This document shows, one piece after another, positions 1-13,012 of a stretch of DNA of 52,992 nt. The position numbers and the translations under genes are program-made. The stretch covers positions 1-52,992 of the forward strand of contig NW_021834296.1 of NCBI RefSeq assembly GCF_006345805.1, written 5' to 3'. How positions within the stretch are numbered: position 1 is the stretch's first letter; each line of letters opens with the position of its first letter. A model generated the notes under the pieces. That model saw only the letters and a program-made list of their open reading frames with translations, ran no database searches and was not told where the DNA came from. Source of the DNA: Octopus sinensis. Lineage: Eukaryota.

Positions 1-151
1 TATGCGTATCAGTGAGTGAGTTTGTGTGTGTGTGTGTGTAAACAAACTCGTTTTTCGACTTCATTTGCATTGAAACAATATCGATGCTGTTCAACTATAT
101 TACAATGTTTTCGTGGAAATGTATGTTGCCGCCTCTGTGTGTGTGTGGTGT

Positions 152-450
152 AGGCGCAATGGCCAAGTGGTTAGGGCAGTGGATTCGCGGTTTCGATTCC
201 CAGACTGGGCGTTGTGTGTGTTTATTGGGCGAGAACACCTTAAAAGCCAGACGAGGCTCCAGCGGGGGCTGGTGGCGATCCCTCTTATACTCTTTCGCTC
301 CAACTTTCTCTCATTCTTTCTTCCTGTTTCTTGAGTAACGCTGCCATTGACTCACGTCCCGTCCATCTGGGGGAACACATACGACATAGAAACCGGGAAA
401 CCGGGCCCATGAGCCAGGCTACGCTTGAAAAGGGCGACGGTTATCGTGTT
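152..450 (+). mobile_element. tRNA-derived SINE (internally deleted copy)
   Basis: A-box-like tggccaagtgg and B-box-like ggtttcgattcc; same family as 15475-15861; inverted copy at about 3240-3512. Confidence 0.75.
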
Positions 451-616
451 TTGTGTGTGTGTGTGTATATGCTATATATAATTTCTTTTATTCTTTTACT
501 TGTTTCAGTCATTTGTAGAACACACTTGCACAAGTTGCCTGGCAGTGGGACTGAACCCGGAACCATATGGTTATGAAGCAAGCTCCTTACCACACAGCCA
601 CTCCTGCGTCTATGAT

Positions 617-648
<32 letters not shown>

Positions 649-674
649 ATATATATATTATATTATATAGAAGG

Positions 675-724
675 AGCTTCTACAGGACTAGAACTGTTTC
701 ATTCAAGAGAATCTTCAGGAAGCT
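675..724 (-). ncRNA. Type I hammerhead ribozyme motif (left arm)
   Basis: Reverse complement reads agcttc CTGAAGA ttc tctt gaa t GAAA cag ttctagtc ctg TA gaagct. Confidence 0.65.
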
Positions 725-1022
725 AGTTAACAAGAATTGTATTGGCATTTATATACATTTAGGCAGGTTTAAAGGGGTGGTGGTGGGACTTTTTGGGGGT
801 AGGCATAGCGCAAAAAAATCATACTTGGGGGAGTGGTCAAGGAGTCAGTGGTAAATTAGATAGAAGAATAAATAAAAGAATAAAAAAAGGGGGGGAATAA
901 AAAAATATATAGAAGAATAGTTTTAGGTAAATAAGGAAAATCTCACTTATACCTATACACATATGTATACATATATATACACACACACACATATACATAC
1001 ACACATACATACACACACACCC

Positions 1023-1055
<33 letters not shown>

Positions 1056-1096
1056 TACACACATACATATACATACATATATCTACATATATATAT

Positions 1097-1135
<39 letters not shown>

Positions 1136-2204
1136 CACATATACATGCATATACATATACACATACACATGTATATATACACACACACGACCACACATAC
1201 ACATACACACAAAAAAAATATATACATACACACACATACACATACACACATACACACACATATATATCCACATACACACATGCACACACAACACAGAAGT
1301 CCCTATATACTCATATATACATATACACATATATGTATATATACATATATATATATGTATATATATATACATACATATGTGTACCTATTCATACCTACAC
1401 ATACACACATATATACATACAAATACAAACCCATTCCCTAATTTTAATTTTATTATCTTCATTTATTACTTTTGTTATCTTTGACCGCTGGTCACAAGCA
1501 TCTTGGCTACGACAGCTAGTCCCTTTTATCTTTCTACTTGTGCACAAGCACTCACTCACGCACGCACACTCATTTGCACGCACACTCACTCATTCGTACA
1601 CTCATACACATACACGCACGCACGCGTTATATTCATACATACATACATCTACATACATACACGTATATACACATACGTACGCGAGTGAGTGCTTGTGCTC
1701 AAGTAGAAAGATAAAAGGGACTAGCTGTCGTAGCCAAGATGCTTGTGACCAGCGGTCAAAGATAACAAAAGTAATAAATGAAGATAATAAAATTAAAATT
1801 AGGGAATGGGTTTGTATTTGTATGTATATATGTGTGTATGTGTAGGTATGAATAGGTACACATATGTATGTATATATATATATACATATATATATATGTA
1901 TATATACATATATGTGTATATGTATATATGAGTATATAGGGACTTGTGTGTTGTGTGTGCATGTGTGTATGTGGGTATATATGTGTGTGTATGTGTGTAT
2001 GTGTATGTGTGTGTATGTGTGTATGTGTATGTGTGTGTATGTATATATTTTTTTTGTGTGTATGTGTATGTGTGGGTCCGTGTGTGTGTATATATACATG
2101 TGTATGTGTATATGTATATGCATGTATATGTGTATGTATATATATATATATATATATATGTGTATATATATATGTAGATATATGTATGTATATGTATGTG
2201 TGCA

Positions 2205-2235
<31 letters not shown>

Positions 2236-2528
2236 GGGTGTGTGTGTATGTATGTGTGTATGTATATGTGTGTGTGTGTATATATGTATACATATGTGTA
2301 TAGGTATAAGTGAGATTTTCCTTATTTACCTAAAACTCTATTCTTCTATATATTTTTTATTCCCCCCTTTTTTTATTCTTTTATTTATTCTTCTATCTAA
2401 TTTACCACTGACTCCTTGACCACTCCCAAGTATGATTTTTTTGCGCTATGCCTACCCCCAAAAAGTCCCCCACCACCACCCCTTAAACCTGCCTAAATGT
2501 ATAAATGCCAATACAATTCTTGTTAACT

Positions 2529-2579
2529 AGCTTCCTGAAGATTTCTCTTGAATGAAACAGTTCTAGTCCTGTAGAAGCT
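2529..2579 (+). ncRNA. Type I hammerhead ribozyme motif (right arm)
   Basis: Stem I agcttc/gaagct; core CTGAAGA 2535-2541; stem II ttc/gaa closed by U-U; GAAA 2554-2557; stem III cag/ctg; GUA cleavage triplet ending 2573. Confidence 0.72.
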
Positions 2580-2673
2580 CCTTCTATATAATAAATTAAT
2601 TTTACTCTGCTATGTATTGAGTACCTTTTTACTGTGGTTAACCCGAATCAACCCGGGACCTACATATATATAT

Positions 2674-2725
<52 letters not shown>

Positions 2726-2927
2726 TACATACATAGATATATACATATATATATACTATATATATACATATATATTACATACATATATATACACACATAT
2801 ATATATTATATATATACACATATATATATATACATATATATATACACGTATATATATATACAATATATATACATATATATACACACATATATATATACAC
2901 ATATATATATACACACATATTATACAT

Positions 2928-2962
<35 letters not shown>

Positions 2963-2987
2963 CTTTATATACACACACACATAGATA

Positions 2988-3019
<32 letters not shown>

Positions 3020-3512
3020 GATACATATATACATATACAAATATATATACATACACACACACACACATATATATATATATAATATTAAAGTTTTTAGTTG
3101 AACTCCTTTCGTAACCATATGGTTCCGGGTTCAGTCCCACTGCTAGGCAACTTGTGCAAGTGTGTTCTACAAATGACTGAAACAAGTAAAAGAATAAAAG
3201 AACTTATATATAGCGTATACACACACACACACACAAAACACGATAACCGTCGCCCTTTTCAAGCCTGGCCAGGCTCATGGGCCCGGTTTCCCGGTTTCTA
3301 TGGCGTATGTGTTCCCCCAGATGGACGGGACGTGAGTCAATGGCAGCCTTACTCAAGAAACAGGAAGAAAGAATGAGAGAAAGTTGGAGCGAAAGAGTAT
3401 AACAGGGATCGCCACCAGCCCCCGCTGGAGCTTCGTCTGGCTTTTAAGGTGTTCTCGCCCAATAAACACACACAACGCCCAGTCTGGGAATCGAAACCGC
3501 GATCCACCGACC

Positions 3513-5435
3513 GCTGAAGAGGCCTGAGCCATTGAGAAGATCAAACTCAATCCCAAAGTGTTCTTTTCATTTGCAAAAAAACACAGAGTCACTGGTTCTA
3601 CTGTTGGCCCTCTGATTGATGAAAATGGTACTCTTCAAGACAATGCCAAAACCATGGGAGAGATATTGCAGAAACAATATTGCTCTGTTTTCAGCAATCC
3701 TGATATGACTGATCTGGGCTGTATCAGTGATGTTACTCCCCAATACACTTTATCGGACATAACCTTTGGGGCTCCTGATGTCTTAGCAGCAATAAAGGAA
3801 ATGAAGCATAATTCAGCAGTAGGTCCCGATAGGTTCCCTGCTTGTGTCTTGAAGATGTGTCAAAACCAACTTGCACCCCTCTAGCCAAACTGTGGCGGAA
3901 CTCACTGGATGCTGGATATATACCAGAAGACCTTCTATCCCAGTCTGTTGTCCTAGTTTTCAAAAAAGGAAACAAATCGCTTGCCGTGAATTACCGTCCA
4001 ATCTCACTCACCTCTCATATCATTAAGGTATTTGAGAGAGTGCTGAGATCACGCATGACTCACTTCCTTGAGAGTCATAATATGCTGAACTCCAACCAGG
4101 ATGGATTCCGTAATGGGAGAGATTGCCTGACGCAGCTACTGCATCATTTTGATGACATTTTGAGAGCCTTGGGAGAGGGTTCCAACACTAATGTCATCTA
4201 CTTTGATTTCAGCAAGGCCTTTGACAGGGTTGATCATAAGATCCTTCTGAGAAAGCTGTCCAATATTGGTGTCACTGGAAAGCTTCTGCAGTGGATCAAG
4301 TGCTTCCTGTCTAACAGAACCCAACATGTTGTAGTCGAAGGAGCCAAATCCAGCCCAGCCAAAGTCAGCAGTGGTGTCCCACAAGGCACTGTGTTGGGCC
4401 CACTTCTCTTCATCATCTACATAAGTGATATTACTGACACCATCAAACACAGTAACATCAGAACCTTCGCTGATGATTCCAAGCTCCAGAAGGTCATCAA
4501 TGGCGTGGATGATCGAATAACCTTCAGTCAGACCTACTGGCTGTGTCCAATGGGCGGAAAAGAATAACATGTTGCTAAATGAAGACAAATTCGAACTGAT
4601 CCACTTTGGAAGGGAGGACGCTCTGAAACTCCCCTACTCTCTTCCTTCTGGAGAAATTTTCATGGCATCCAACAACATCAGAGACTTGGGAGTAACAGTG
4701 GACAACAACATAAGCTGGGCTACACATATAAGCAGCAAAGTTGACATGGCCCGCAGAATGTGTTCCTGGATTCTCGGAACCTTCCAGACGAACATTCCCA
4801 CACTATTATCCTTCTCTTCTCCACTTTTGCCCGACCCCACCTTGAATGCTGCTGTCCACTGTCGTCTCCCTACACAAAACAAAATATTATGAGAATTGAA
4901 GCTCCCCAAAGGTCAATCACAAAAATGATAGATGGCATGTCAGACCTTGACTACTGGGGTAGACTAGAGAAGCTGAAACCGTATTCACTCCAACGACGCC
5001 GTGAACGCTACATTATCTGTATGATGTGGAAAATAACCATCAGCACTGTCCGAATGATGTTGGCATCACCTTCAAAATACATCCCAGGCTTGGACCACGT
5101 GCCATCCGTCCACAACAAAAATCTAAATCGCATCACATAACGACAATAGGGCACAACTATTTCACCTCAATTGGACCCGCTCTCTTCAACATTACACCAG
5201 GACACGTCAAAACAGAAACTGACCACACAAAATTCAAGAAGTCTTTGGACAAATTCCTTCAAACAGTCTCGGACAAACCACCCACACCCGGATATGTCTC
5301 CGCAAACAATAACTCTCTGCTCGAATCGGCCTTGGTGCCCAAATCCTGAATTGAAAGACTTCGCCAGGTAGTGCTAATAAGTTAGACATGGCCTGGGCCA
5401 ATACTGGCCAAAACCTTTCTAAGTTATTCTAAGTT
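3513..5435 (+). mobile_element. 5'-truncated CR1/Jockey-group LINE, reverse transcriptase pseudogene
   Basis: Motifs YRPISLTSHIIKVFERV, YFDFSKAFD, GVPQGTVLGPLLF and FADDSK spread over frameshifted ORFs; repeated ttctaagtta tail. Confidence 0.92.
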
Positions 5436-5911
5436 ATATATATGTGTATATTAATATGTGTATATATATATATGTACATATATATGTGAGTATGTATATA
5501 TATAAATGTGTGCATATATATATATGTGTATATATATATATATGTATATATATGTGTATATATAAATGAGTGTGTATATATATTGGTGTATATATATATG
5601 CGTATATATATATATATGTGTATATATATGTGTATATATATATGTATATATATATATGTCTGTGTATATATATATATGTATACATATATGTGTATATATA
5701 TGTGTGTATATAGATATATATGTATATATATACGTGTGTGTATATATATATATGTATATATATCTGTATATATATCTCTATTTGTATATATATATATGTG
5801 TGTATATATATATGTATATATATATGTGTACATATATATATATTTATATATGTATGTATGTATATATATATATATGTGTGTGTGTATATATATATATATT
5901 TTATATGTATG

Positions 5912-5969
<58 letters not shown>

Positions 5970-6529
5970 CACATATTTATAAATGACTCGCTCGTTTCAG
6001 CTTCCGTCAGAAAATGACTGTCAAGGTTTTCGTCAGCCCGAGACAGTCTTTGAAGGCAATTGAACAAGTTACCGCTCTATGGGAACTCACCTTGCAACAA
6101 TGCACCTACACACACACACGCACAGAGAGAGAGAGAGGCGGAAACACCCTTTCCCAAGAAAACATTGTAATATAGTTGAAGAGCATCGATATTGTTTCAA
6201 TGCAAATGAAGTCGAAAAACGAGTTTGTTTACACACACACACACACACACACAAACTCACTCACTGATACGCGTACACACACATATTTATTTGTATTCGT
6301 TTATACGTGTGTGTGTGTAATGGACACACACACATAAACGTGATGGTCGTGGTTGTGGTTCCTGTTTTGTGCAGTTGTTTTGCATAAGTGATAGTCTGTT
6401 CTCACCGGCCATCTTTTACATGACAATGGATTAGTTTTGCTTCCTTATTGCTGGACAATAGAAGCTAAAGGACCTCCGTCGTTTTCGATTTCACCTCCCG
6501 GATTCGATGACATCAACACTTCTTTGGTG

Positions 6530-6572
6530 CCAATGGAATTGCAGAGGAGGGGGCAGGTTATTTGTTATAAAT
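6530..6572 (+). promoter_or_regulatory. Possible CCAAT and TATA boxes of the EMI/EGF gene
   Basis: CCAAT at 6530 and TATAAAT at 6566, about 250 bp upstream of the ATG, in non-repetitive sequence. Confidence 0.3.
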
Positions 6573-6815
6573 GCGAGTGTCTTGGTCGAGATGTGACAGA
6601 GCCAGGCCGATTGTGCAACGGGACTCTGCTGCTGTGACTCCCGCTACTGAAGACTTTTTTGCGCTGCAGGAACCACCACAAGACAAGACAACTCAAACAA
6701 GAAGTTTTAGACATTTATACTCTGTGTTCTGCACTAACCAAATCTGTTTCTTCTGATATTAGAAGCTGTCTGTGTGTCAGTAAACAGGCGAAGCACCGAA
6801 AAGAAAACAACAGCC

Positions 6816-7447
6816 ATGAAGAATCTCGTTCTTTTCTTATTTCTTTTCGTCGTTGGTCTTTGGGTGACTGAAGGACAACGGGTGACTAACGGGTCAGTGG
6901 TGACTAAAGGACCGTCAGTGAATAGTGGAGGACAGAATGTCACATTAGGGGACAAAGACCCGTCGGTAAATGATGTTTCATCGGATAATGAAGAGCCAGA
7001 AGAGAGTGGAGCAGAATCAGATGACGAAGGAGAGTTAGAGGGTGGAGAGGAATCAGAGGAGGACGGAGTCCCGGTGGATGACGAGTCGTCAGAGGACGGT
7101 GAAGACGAGTCAGTGGATGGAGAGGAGTCAGTGAATGAAGACGAGTCAGAGGGTGAAGACTCAGACAATGGAGGACTATGGGTGGACGATGACGAGTCAG
7201 TGGACGGAGACGAGTCAGTGGATGAAGGCGAGTCAGTGGATGAAGACTCAAACGATGGAGGACTATCAGTGGGTGACGACGAGTCAGTGGACGAAGAGGA
7301 GTCAGCGGATGAAGCAGATTCCGAGAGTGAAGATGAAGCAGCGACTGAGAGTCTCTTACTGAATAATGGAACGTCGGTTTCTAGCGAAACGCTTGATTCT
7401 GGAAACTCAACAACCGAAGGAGAAAGCCTTGCTGTGTCCAGTTCTCG
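6816..7447 (+). CDS. Secreted EMI/EGF protein, exon 1: signal peptide and acidic D/E/S-rich domain
   Basis: gccATG; MKNLVLFLFLFVVGLWVTEG; ~190 aa acidic region with DESVD repeats; donor CG|gtaagt (phase 2). Confidence 0.88.
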
Positions 7448-7869
7448 GTAAGTTAATGCTTCATTCCACCCGGTTTCACATCGCCACTTTCCTCTTCGGG
7501 GCTTCTTGTGGTTTTTTACTTTTTTCTTATTAAATAATCGGACCGTGTCTATCTTCGTGTGAATGTTTTAAGTGTTTTAGTGAAAAGAGAGGAGTTGAGC
7601 CCGTAGCTCTGTTCAGGGCCCCTGGCATATGTGGGAAGCAATGGGTGAGGTGGGGCTTGGCCCTAACAATTGCAACAGAAGGGACTCAGTGTACCTGAAT
7701 TACACCAGCATTTGTAGTTTTTATGTCGATCTGTTTTTACTTAGCCCAGTGCATCTCTGTCAGTAGGTAGAAATGAAAACCCATAGCCTGTATATCATAA
7801 CTGTATTTTTTCAAACAGTCCTCCATAGATCCCTCTTTTTCTTTAATATATGATGAGATATTCTTTTCT

Positions 7870-8260
7870 ACTTGAGGCACAAGGCCCGAAATTTGGAGGG
7901 AGGGGGCCAGTCGATTATATCGACCCTAGTGCGTAACTGGTACATATTTAATCGACTCCGAAAGGAAGAAAGGCAAAGTCGACCTCGGCGTAAATTGAAC
8001 TCAGAACCTAACGGCAGACGAAATACCTATTTCTTTACTACTCACAAGGAGCTAAACACAGAGAGGACAAACAAGAACAGACAAAGGGATTAAGTCGATT
8101 TTATCGACCCCAGTGTGTAACTGGCACTTAATTTATTGACCGCGAAAGGATGAAAGGCAAAGTCGACCTCGGCGGAATTTGAACTCTGAACGTAACGGCA
8201 GACGAAATACCGCTAAGCATCTCGCCCGGCGTGCTAACGTTTCTGCCAGCTCGCTTCTTT
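7870..8260 (-). mobile_element. Dimeric tRNA-derived SINE
   Basis: Two tandem copies of gaaaggcaaagtcgacctcggc; same family as 9605-9780 and 34818-35468. Confidence 0.75.
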
Positions 8261-8957
8261 AATACGATGAGATATTGACATACGACTGGGCAGACGATCT
8301 CTCCTAAAAGTACTTGACTTGTTTTCCTGATCCTTGCATCAATATAGGGTCCGCTGTATTTAATCCTGTTTGCTGATTCTATTGGGATGTTCCACCAACT
8401 TTCTGGATATATTCTGGTTCTGTTGCGCCAATCTTCAACAAGCCAGATTCCTGTAACGGAGCGACGAACCTGAAGGGGCCCAAATAAAACTGTTTCAAAT
8501 AATAATGATAATTAGTGTGATTTCAAATTTCTGCCACAAGAGCAGCTTGGGGTGAGGTGAGGGCGAGTCGATTACATAGAGCCTAGTCTGTTATTTTCTC
8601 GACGTTGAAAGGAAGAAAGCAAAGTGCACTTTGGGGAATTCGAAATCAGAACGGAGCGACGGGTCAAATATAGCTTAAACAACCCTTATTCAACATCCTT
8701 AAACAACCCTTATTCAGTGAACTTTGGAGTGGGATGGGCTTCTCGACCAGAAGAAAATTCTAACTGGTCCCCACCTGCAAGATCATGCGCTATTTATCTT
8801 GATATGAGATCACCATGTCCCGCACATATGGTTGTGATGCATGTGCCTGGGGTACCCTTATCAGACGGGTAGTCATGATGGGTATACTGAGCTTCGTATA
8901 TTTTACCACGGTGTCACTTTGATGGCATGCACTGCTCTCTCACTCAATAATAATAAT

Positions 8958-10830
8958 TTCTTTTTTCGCCACTAAGGGTTTACACAAAAGGGGCTGCTCA
9001 TTGAAACCCCACAAAAACAACGATCACTCTGACATCTAGGGTGTATGCTCTCTTCACTTCATGTGCCCTTAATGTACAGGCGCGTACTTCTAGAAAGACC
9101 ATTCACTAGGGCCATTCGAGCTACATTCACCCATCTTTTAACAAAATTGCTAGGTGGCAGCACTTCCCTCTTTACCCTCACTTTGAGATTCTGGGTAAAG
9201 AGGAAAGTGTCTGTCTTCAGCCCTTTCAGCAAGGTCCACCAGGCAACCTCTTTCGCTATGGCCACTAGACTAAGCAAAGATGCCTGTCCCTCCCGGTTGG
9301 AAGAAAGCAGCGGGCTGATACTTACCAATAACTTAGCTGAAATCCGAATCCGTCCTCCAAGTGGGAGCAGTTCTTCGATGTCAGTTCTTCGATGATAAGC
9401 GCCGACCCCTTTGCTAACAGCCTGCTCAAAAGTTTGATGTCTGTGTTCAGCAGCGTTATGAACCTAGCTTTCTATTTCATCTCCCTTGTTTGGGTCCATT
9501 TTTAGCAGTGCCACCGCTCCTAGACTCACAGAATTGGGAAATAGCCTGTTCTGGTACCAGTTACGGTAGCAGTTCTGGCAGATCTGCTAGAAGGCTGTCA
9601 AACAAAGGCGGATCGTTAGCACGACGGGAGAAATGCTTAGCGGTATTTCGACTGCCGTTACGTTGTGAGTTCAAATTCCGCCGAGGTCGACTTTGCCTTT
9701 CATCTTTTCGGGATCGATTAAATAAGTACCAGTAACACACTGGGATCGATATAATCGACTTAATCCGTTTGTCCATCCTACGTTCTGGATATCTTTACGT
9801 TCCACACATTTGCCAAAGGGATGTTGAAATACCTCACACATCTTCTCCGGTTGGAGTTCCTTGCGCCCATTTTGGTCCACCAAAGACTGAATAGTGACTT
9901 TGCTTTGACGTTGTGCGTCTGTCATTCGACCCCCATTATGGGGCTTTCCTTCCCTCTTCTCTTACAGAGTGCACCTTAGATCTGACAAGGCAACCTTCGT
10001 GTTTATCTTTGAGCAAATGGTCCAGAGCTAATCTTGCAGCAAGCAGGTCAGCTGCAATGTTCTTCCAAAGCGCCATTTCGAAGTTACTGACTAAATTCCC
10101 TTCTGTTTTATCCATCTCTACCACTAATGCTTTAATAAACCTACCTAACGCCAACCATCATTTGTTGTTGACGATTAGCCCCATCAACGCCATCTTAGTT
10201 AATTGTCTAATTCGGTCTCTGTTGGATTGGCACTTTGGGAGCAACGCTTTCAGCCTCCAGTAACCGGATCCCTGCCTTCTAAGCCTATCTAGGTTAACAA
10301 CTTCTACTAACGTTAATCTACTTGCCTATAGAACCCCGTTCCTCATCAAAATACGACCTGGTTGACCCCATACAGGCTTTTACCATCCGCTTTCTATTCG
10401 CTAGACCCACACAGTCCAATTGTATCTCTAAGGCACCGTACCAGTTGCCCACTAACTCTAAATTTCGAGGCATTCCTAGGAATACCTCTCGATGTCTGAA
10501 GATATACGGCTTCCCTGCTTCTATCGGAGTATAAACAGGTACCTGTCTGTAAGTACCCCCGTCACTACAATTCGCATCCAGGACCATCATCTCTCCTTCT
10601 GGATCCAGGAAGATAGTCCTTATGTTGAGATCCATGCCCCTACGGATCAACGCCGCCGTTCAACCTCCGATTCCCGGTTGACATGGAGATAAATACTTCT
10701 CGTATCCCGCGAAAGATGGCAAGAAAGCATGTCGGTCGGAAAGTCTAGTTTCACTGATGGCGATTACATCGACACTTAGTGATCTAATGTCGTTGAGTAG
10801 TGGCCTTGTTTCCAAGGCGATCGCAAGTCA
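8958..10830 (-). mobile_element. Internally deleted Tx1/L1-like LINE relic with a SINE inserted at about 9605-9780
   Basis: APE endonuclease-like LLNDIRSLSVDVIAISETRL near 10745-10800; C-terminal KRWVNVARM; many stops; no RT core seen. Confidence 0.65.
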
Positions 10831-10984
10831 GTTCTTTGTATATTCGTCTTTTTATATCTCTGGAACCCCCCACCCATTCCTTCAAGGGATTTTATTTTTA
10901 TAGTGTTATATGCGTTTATATGTATATGTATATATATTTATACACACACACACACTTATATATTCCTTCTTTCTTTTTTTCCAG

Positions 10985-11077
10985 GGGAATATGTCGAGTG
11001 AGATGTTATAAAACCGTGACCTACAAAAGGGCCCGAAGAAGCTGGTGCTGGTTTTTGAGACGGTGTACAAAATACCG
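10985..11077 (+). CDS. Exon 2: EMI domain, N-terminal half
   Basis: ttttccag| GICRVRCYKTVTYKRARRSWCWFLRRCTKYR |gtaaat; 93 nt, phase 2-2, matches exon 1. Confidence 0.85.
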
Positions 11078-11333
11078 GTAAATACGAAGCCACCTTTCCG
11101 GATTTTCTATACAGAGTAAACTTTCAATATTACGGCATCCACCGATGACAAAGTATTCATTACCCTCGCACATTAATATCTTAATATTTCGCTTGGGCAT
11201 AGCGAAAATAACAATATGGTGTAGAACTCAATCTAGGTGTGATCCAGAATTCAATTGTAGATAAGTGTAAAATGGTAAGAGAAAGCAAAGAAATGGCACC
11301 GGCAAAAACAAAGGTTATGTAACGCACTTCATT

Positions 11334-11414
11334 GGCTAACAGCTGTTTCTGATGTAGGTTGTGGTGGAGGATTAGTTGAGTACCAGGATATCATGCTCTA
11401 GCTTCATCAGAGCC
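11334..11414 (-). ncRNA. Degenerate hammerhead-like motif
   Basis: Reverse complement ggct CTGATGA ... GAAA c agct g TT agcc; stems I and III are good, stem II is poorly paired. Confidence 0.35.
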
Positions 11415-11597
11415 TTCAATGTGAAAAGCACTTTATTTAGGATAATCGCATTTTCAGACTACACAGTCGTATATTCTGAAAGTGTAACTTGTATGTGTGT
11501 ATGTATGTGTTTGTGTGGTTGTCTGAACTTACCATCATTGTGTTATATATCCTTCTGGTTATATATCCTTTTATTCTATCCTTCTCTCATTTAACAG

Positions 11598-11674
11598 TAC
11601 AGCTTCCAGGAGAATCCTTACAACCTGTCGCAGATGCTGCAGAGGATGGACCGGCACGCCTGGAAGGTGCAGAG
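11598..11674 (+). CDS. Exon 3: EMI domain, C-terminal half
   Basis: ttaacag| TASRRILTTCRRCCRGWTGTPGRCR |gtaaga; CCxGW motif; phase 2-1. Confidence 0.87.
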
Positions 11675-12481
11675 GTAAGAACATGTGTTCAGTTCTCTCC
11701 GGATGTTATGTGTAGATAAGGCCTAATATTTTCTTGATATTTTCTATTTTATATCCAAATATGACATCCAATGGTCTCGTTTCAAATTTCCTTTTTCTTT
11801 CGTATCACAATCCTTTGAAGAAAGACATCGCTATTTCTTCCATTTTATTTTTCCTGTTTTATATTGTAATATATGCAAATGAGCGTCGTATCGTCCCGTC
11901 TTCTTTCCACCATATTTGATCAGATGGAGTGCATTTTGATGTATGTAATCCCTTTGCCACAGCAACTGAGCTGAGAAAGGTCTGACTTCTGTTAAAAGAA
12001 CATGGTGCATCAAACTTATTCTACAATAGGCAAAAGGCCTGATATTTTGTGGTCAGGTGGGGGTCAGTCGATTACATTGAGCCTAATATTTCAATGGCGC
12101 TCATTTCATCGACTCCGAAACGATGGATTCCAACGTCGACATTGGCAGATTTTGAACTTGTTACGACGAAATAACGCTAAGAACTTTGTCCGGCGTTTTC
12201 ACGACTCTGCCAGCTCACCGCCTTAATAATAACAACCACAATGTTGATGACGATGATGACGATGATGATGATGATGATGAGGATGGTACAAAAATTTCTA
12301 ACTGGGCCCCACCTGCAAGGTCATGTGCTGTTTATCTTGATATGAGATCCCCATGTCGCACACATATGGTTGTGATGCATGTGCCTGGTGTACCCTTGTG
12401 AGACGGGTTCTCATGAGCAGTATACTGGGCTTCGTATATTATATCCCAGTGTCACTTTGATGACATGCACTGCTCTCTCAC

Positions 12482-12534
<53 letters not shown>

Positions 12535-12789
12535 TTCACTAAATTTTGGAGAAGGGGACTAGTCGATTACATCGACCTCAGTGTATAACTGGTGCTTATT
12601 ACATTGACCCAACCCCAAATAATGCATCTGTTTTATATACATGCAATTAAGCGCAATAAATTTGTTTTCTTGACCCTGAAAGAAAGGCGGATTTGAACAC
12701 AGAATGTAAAGACGGACAAAATGCCGCCAAACATTTTTACCGTCGTGCAAACGATTCTGCTAACGACGACGACGACCACGATGATAATT

Positions 12790-12827
<38 letters not shown>

Positions 12828-12892
12828 AATGATGATGTTGAAAGGATTCTGATTGTTATATATAATTGTGTTATTTCTGTTCTGCTTTCCAG

Positions 12893-13012
12893 CCGTCGGA
12901 GGAGCGTGCAGATGGAATCGGTGCGGGAAGAATGGTAGATGCGTCAGGAGAGGAACCTCTTTTACTTGTTACTGCAGACGGGGCTATTATTTCAATAGAA
13001 GAACATGTGTTT
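12893..13012 (+). CDS. EGF-like exon, type A (copy 1)
   Basis: ttccag| AVGGACRWNRCGKNGRCVRRGTSFTCYCRRGYYFNRRTCV |gtaagt; 120 nt, phase 1-1, six Cys. Confidence 0.9.

Larger units (their letters stand above)
659..2660. mobile_element. Foldback element: ~0.9-kb inverted arms (659-1560 / 1681-2592), ~120-bp spacer, in (TA)n; Penelope-like non-autonomous element
   Basis: Arms are near-exact reverse complements including unique sequence. Each arm carries a hammerhead motif, and the right arm has an extra ~70-bp tail. Confidence 0.7.

Noticed and set aside
837-3185. Many YI/HT/CV-rich ORFs (also 5429-6067, 33861-34460, 36308-36781, 41335-41900)
   Set aside because: Translations of (TA)n, (CA)n and (TATG)n microsatellites.
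3513-3535. CTGAAGA followed by a small hairpin
   Set aside because: No GAAA or stem III; it is LINE coding sequence.
6734-7251. Ser-rich and LHPLTR-repeat ORFs on the - strand
   Set aside because: Antisense shadows of exon 1.
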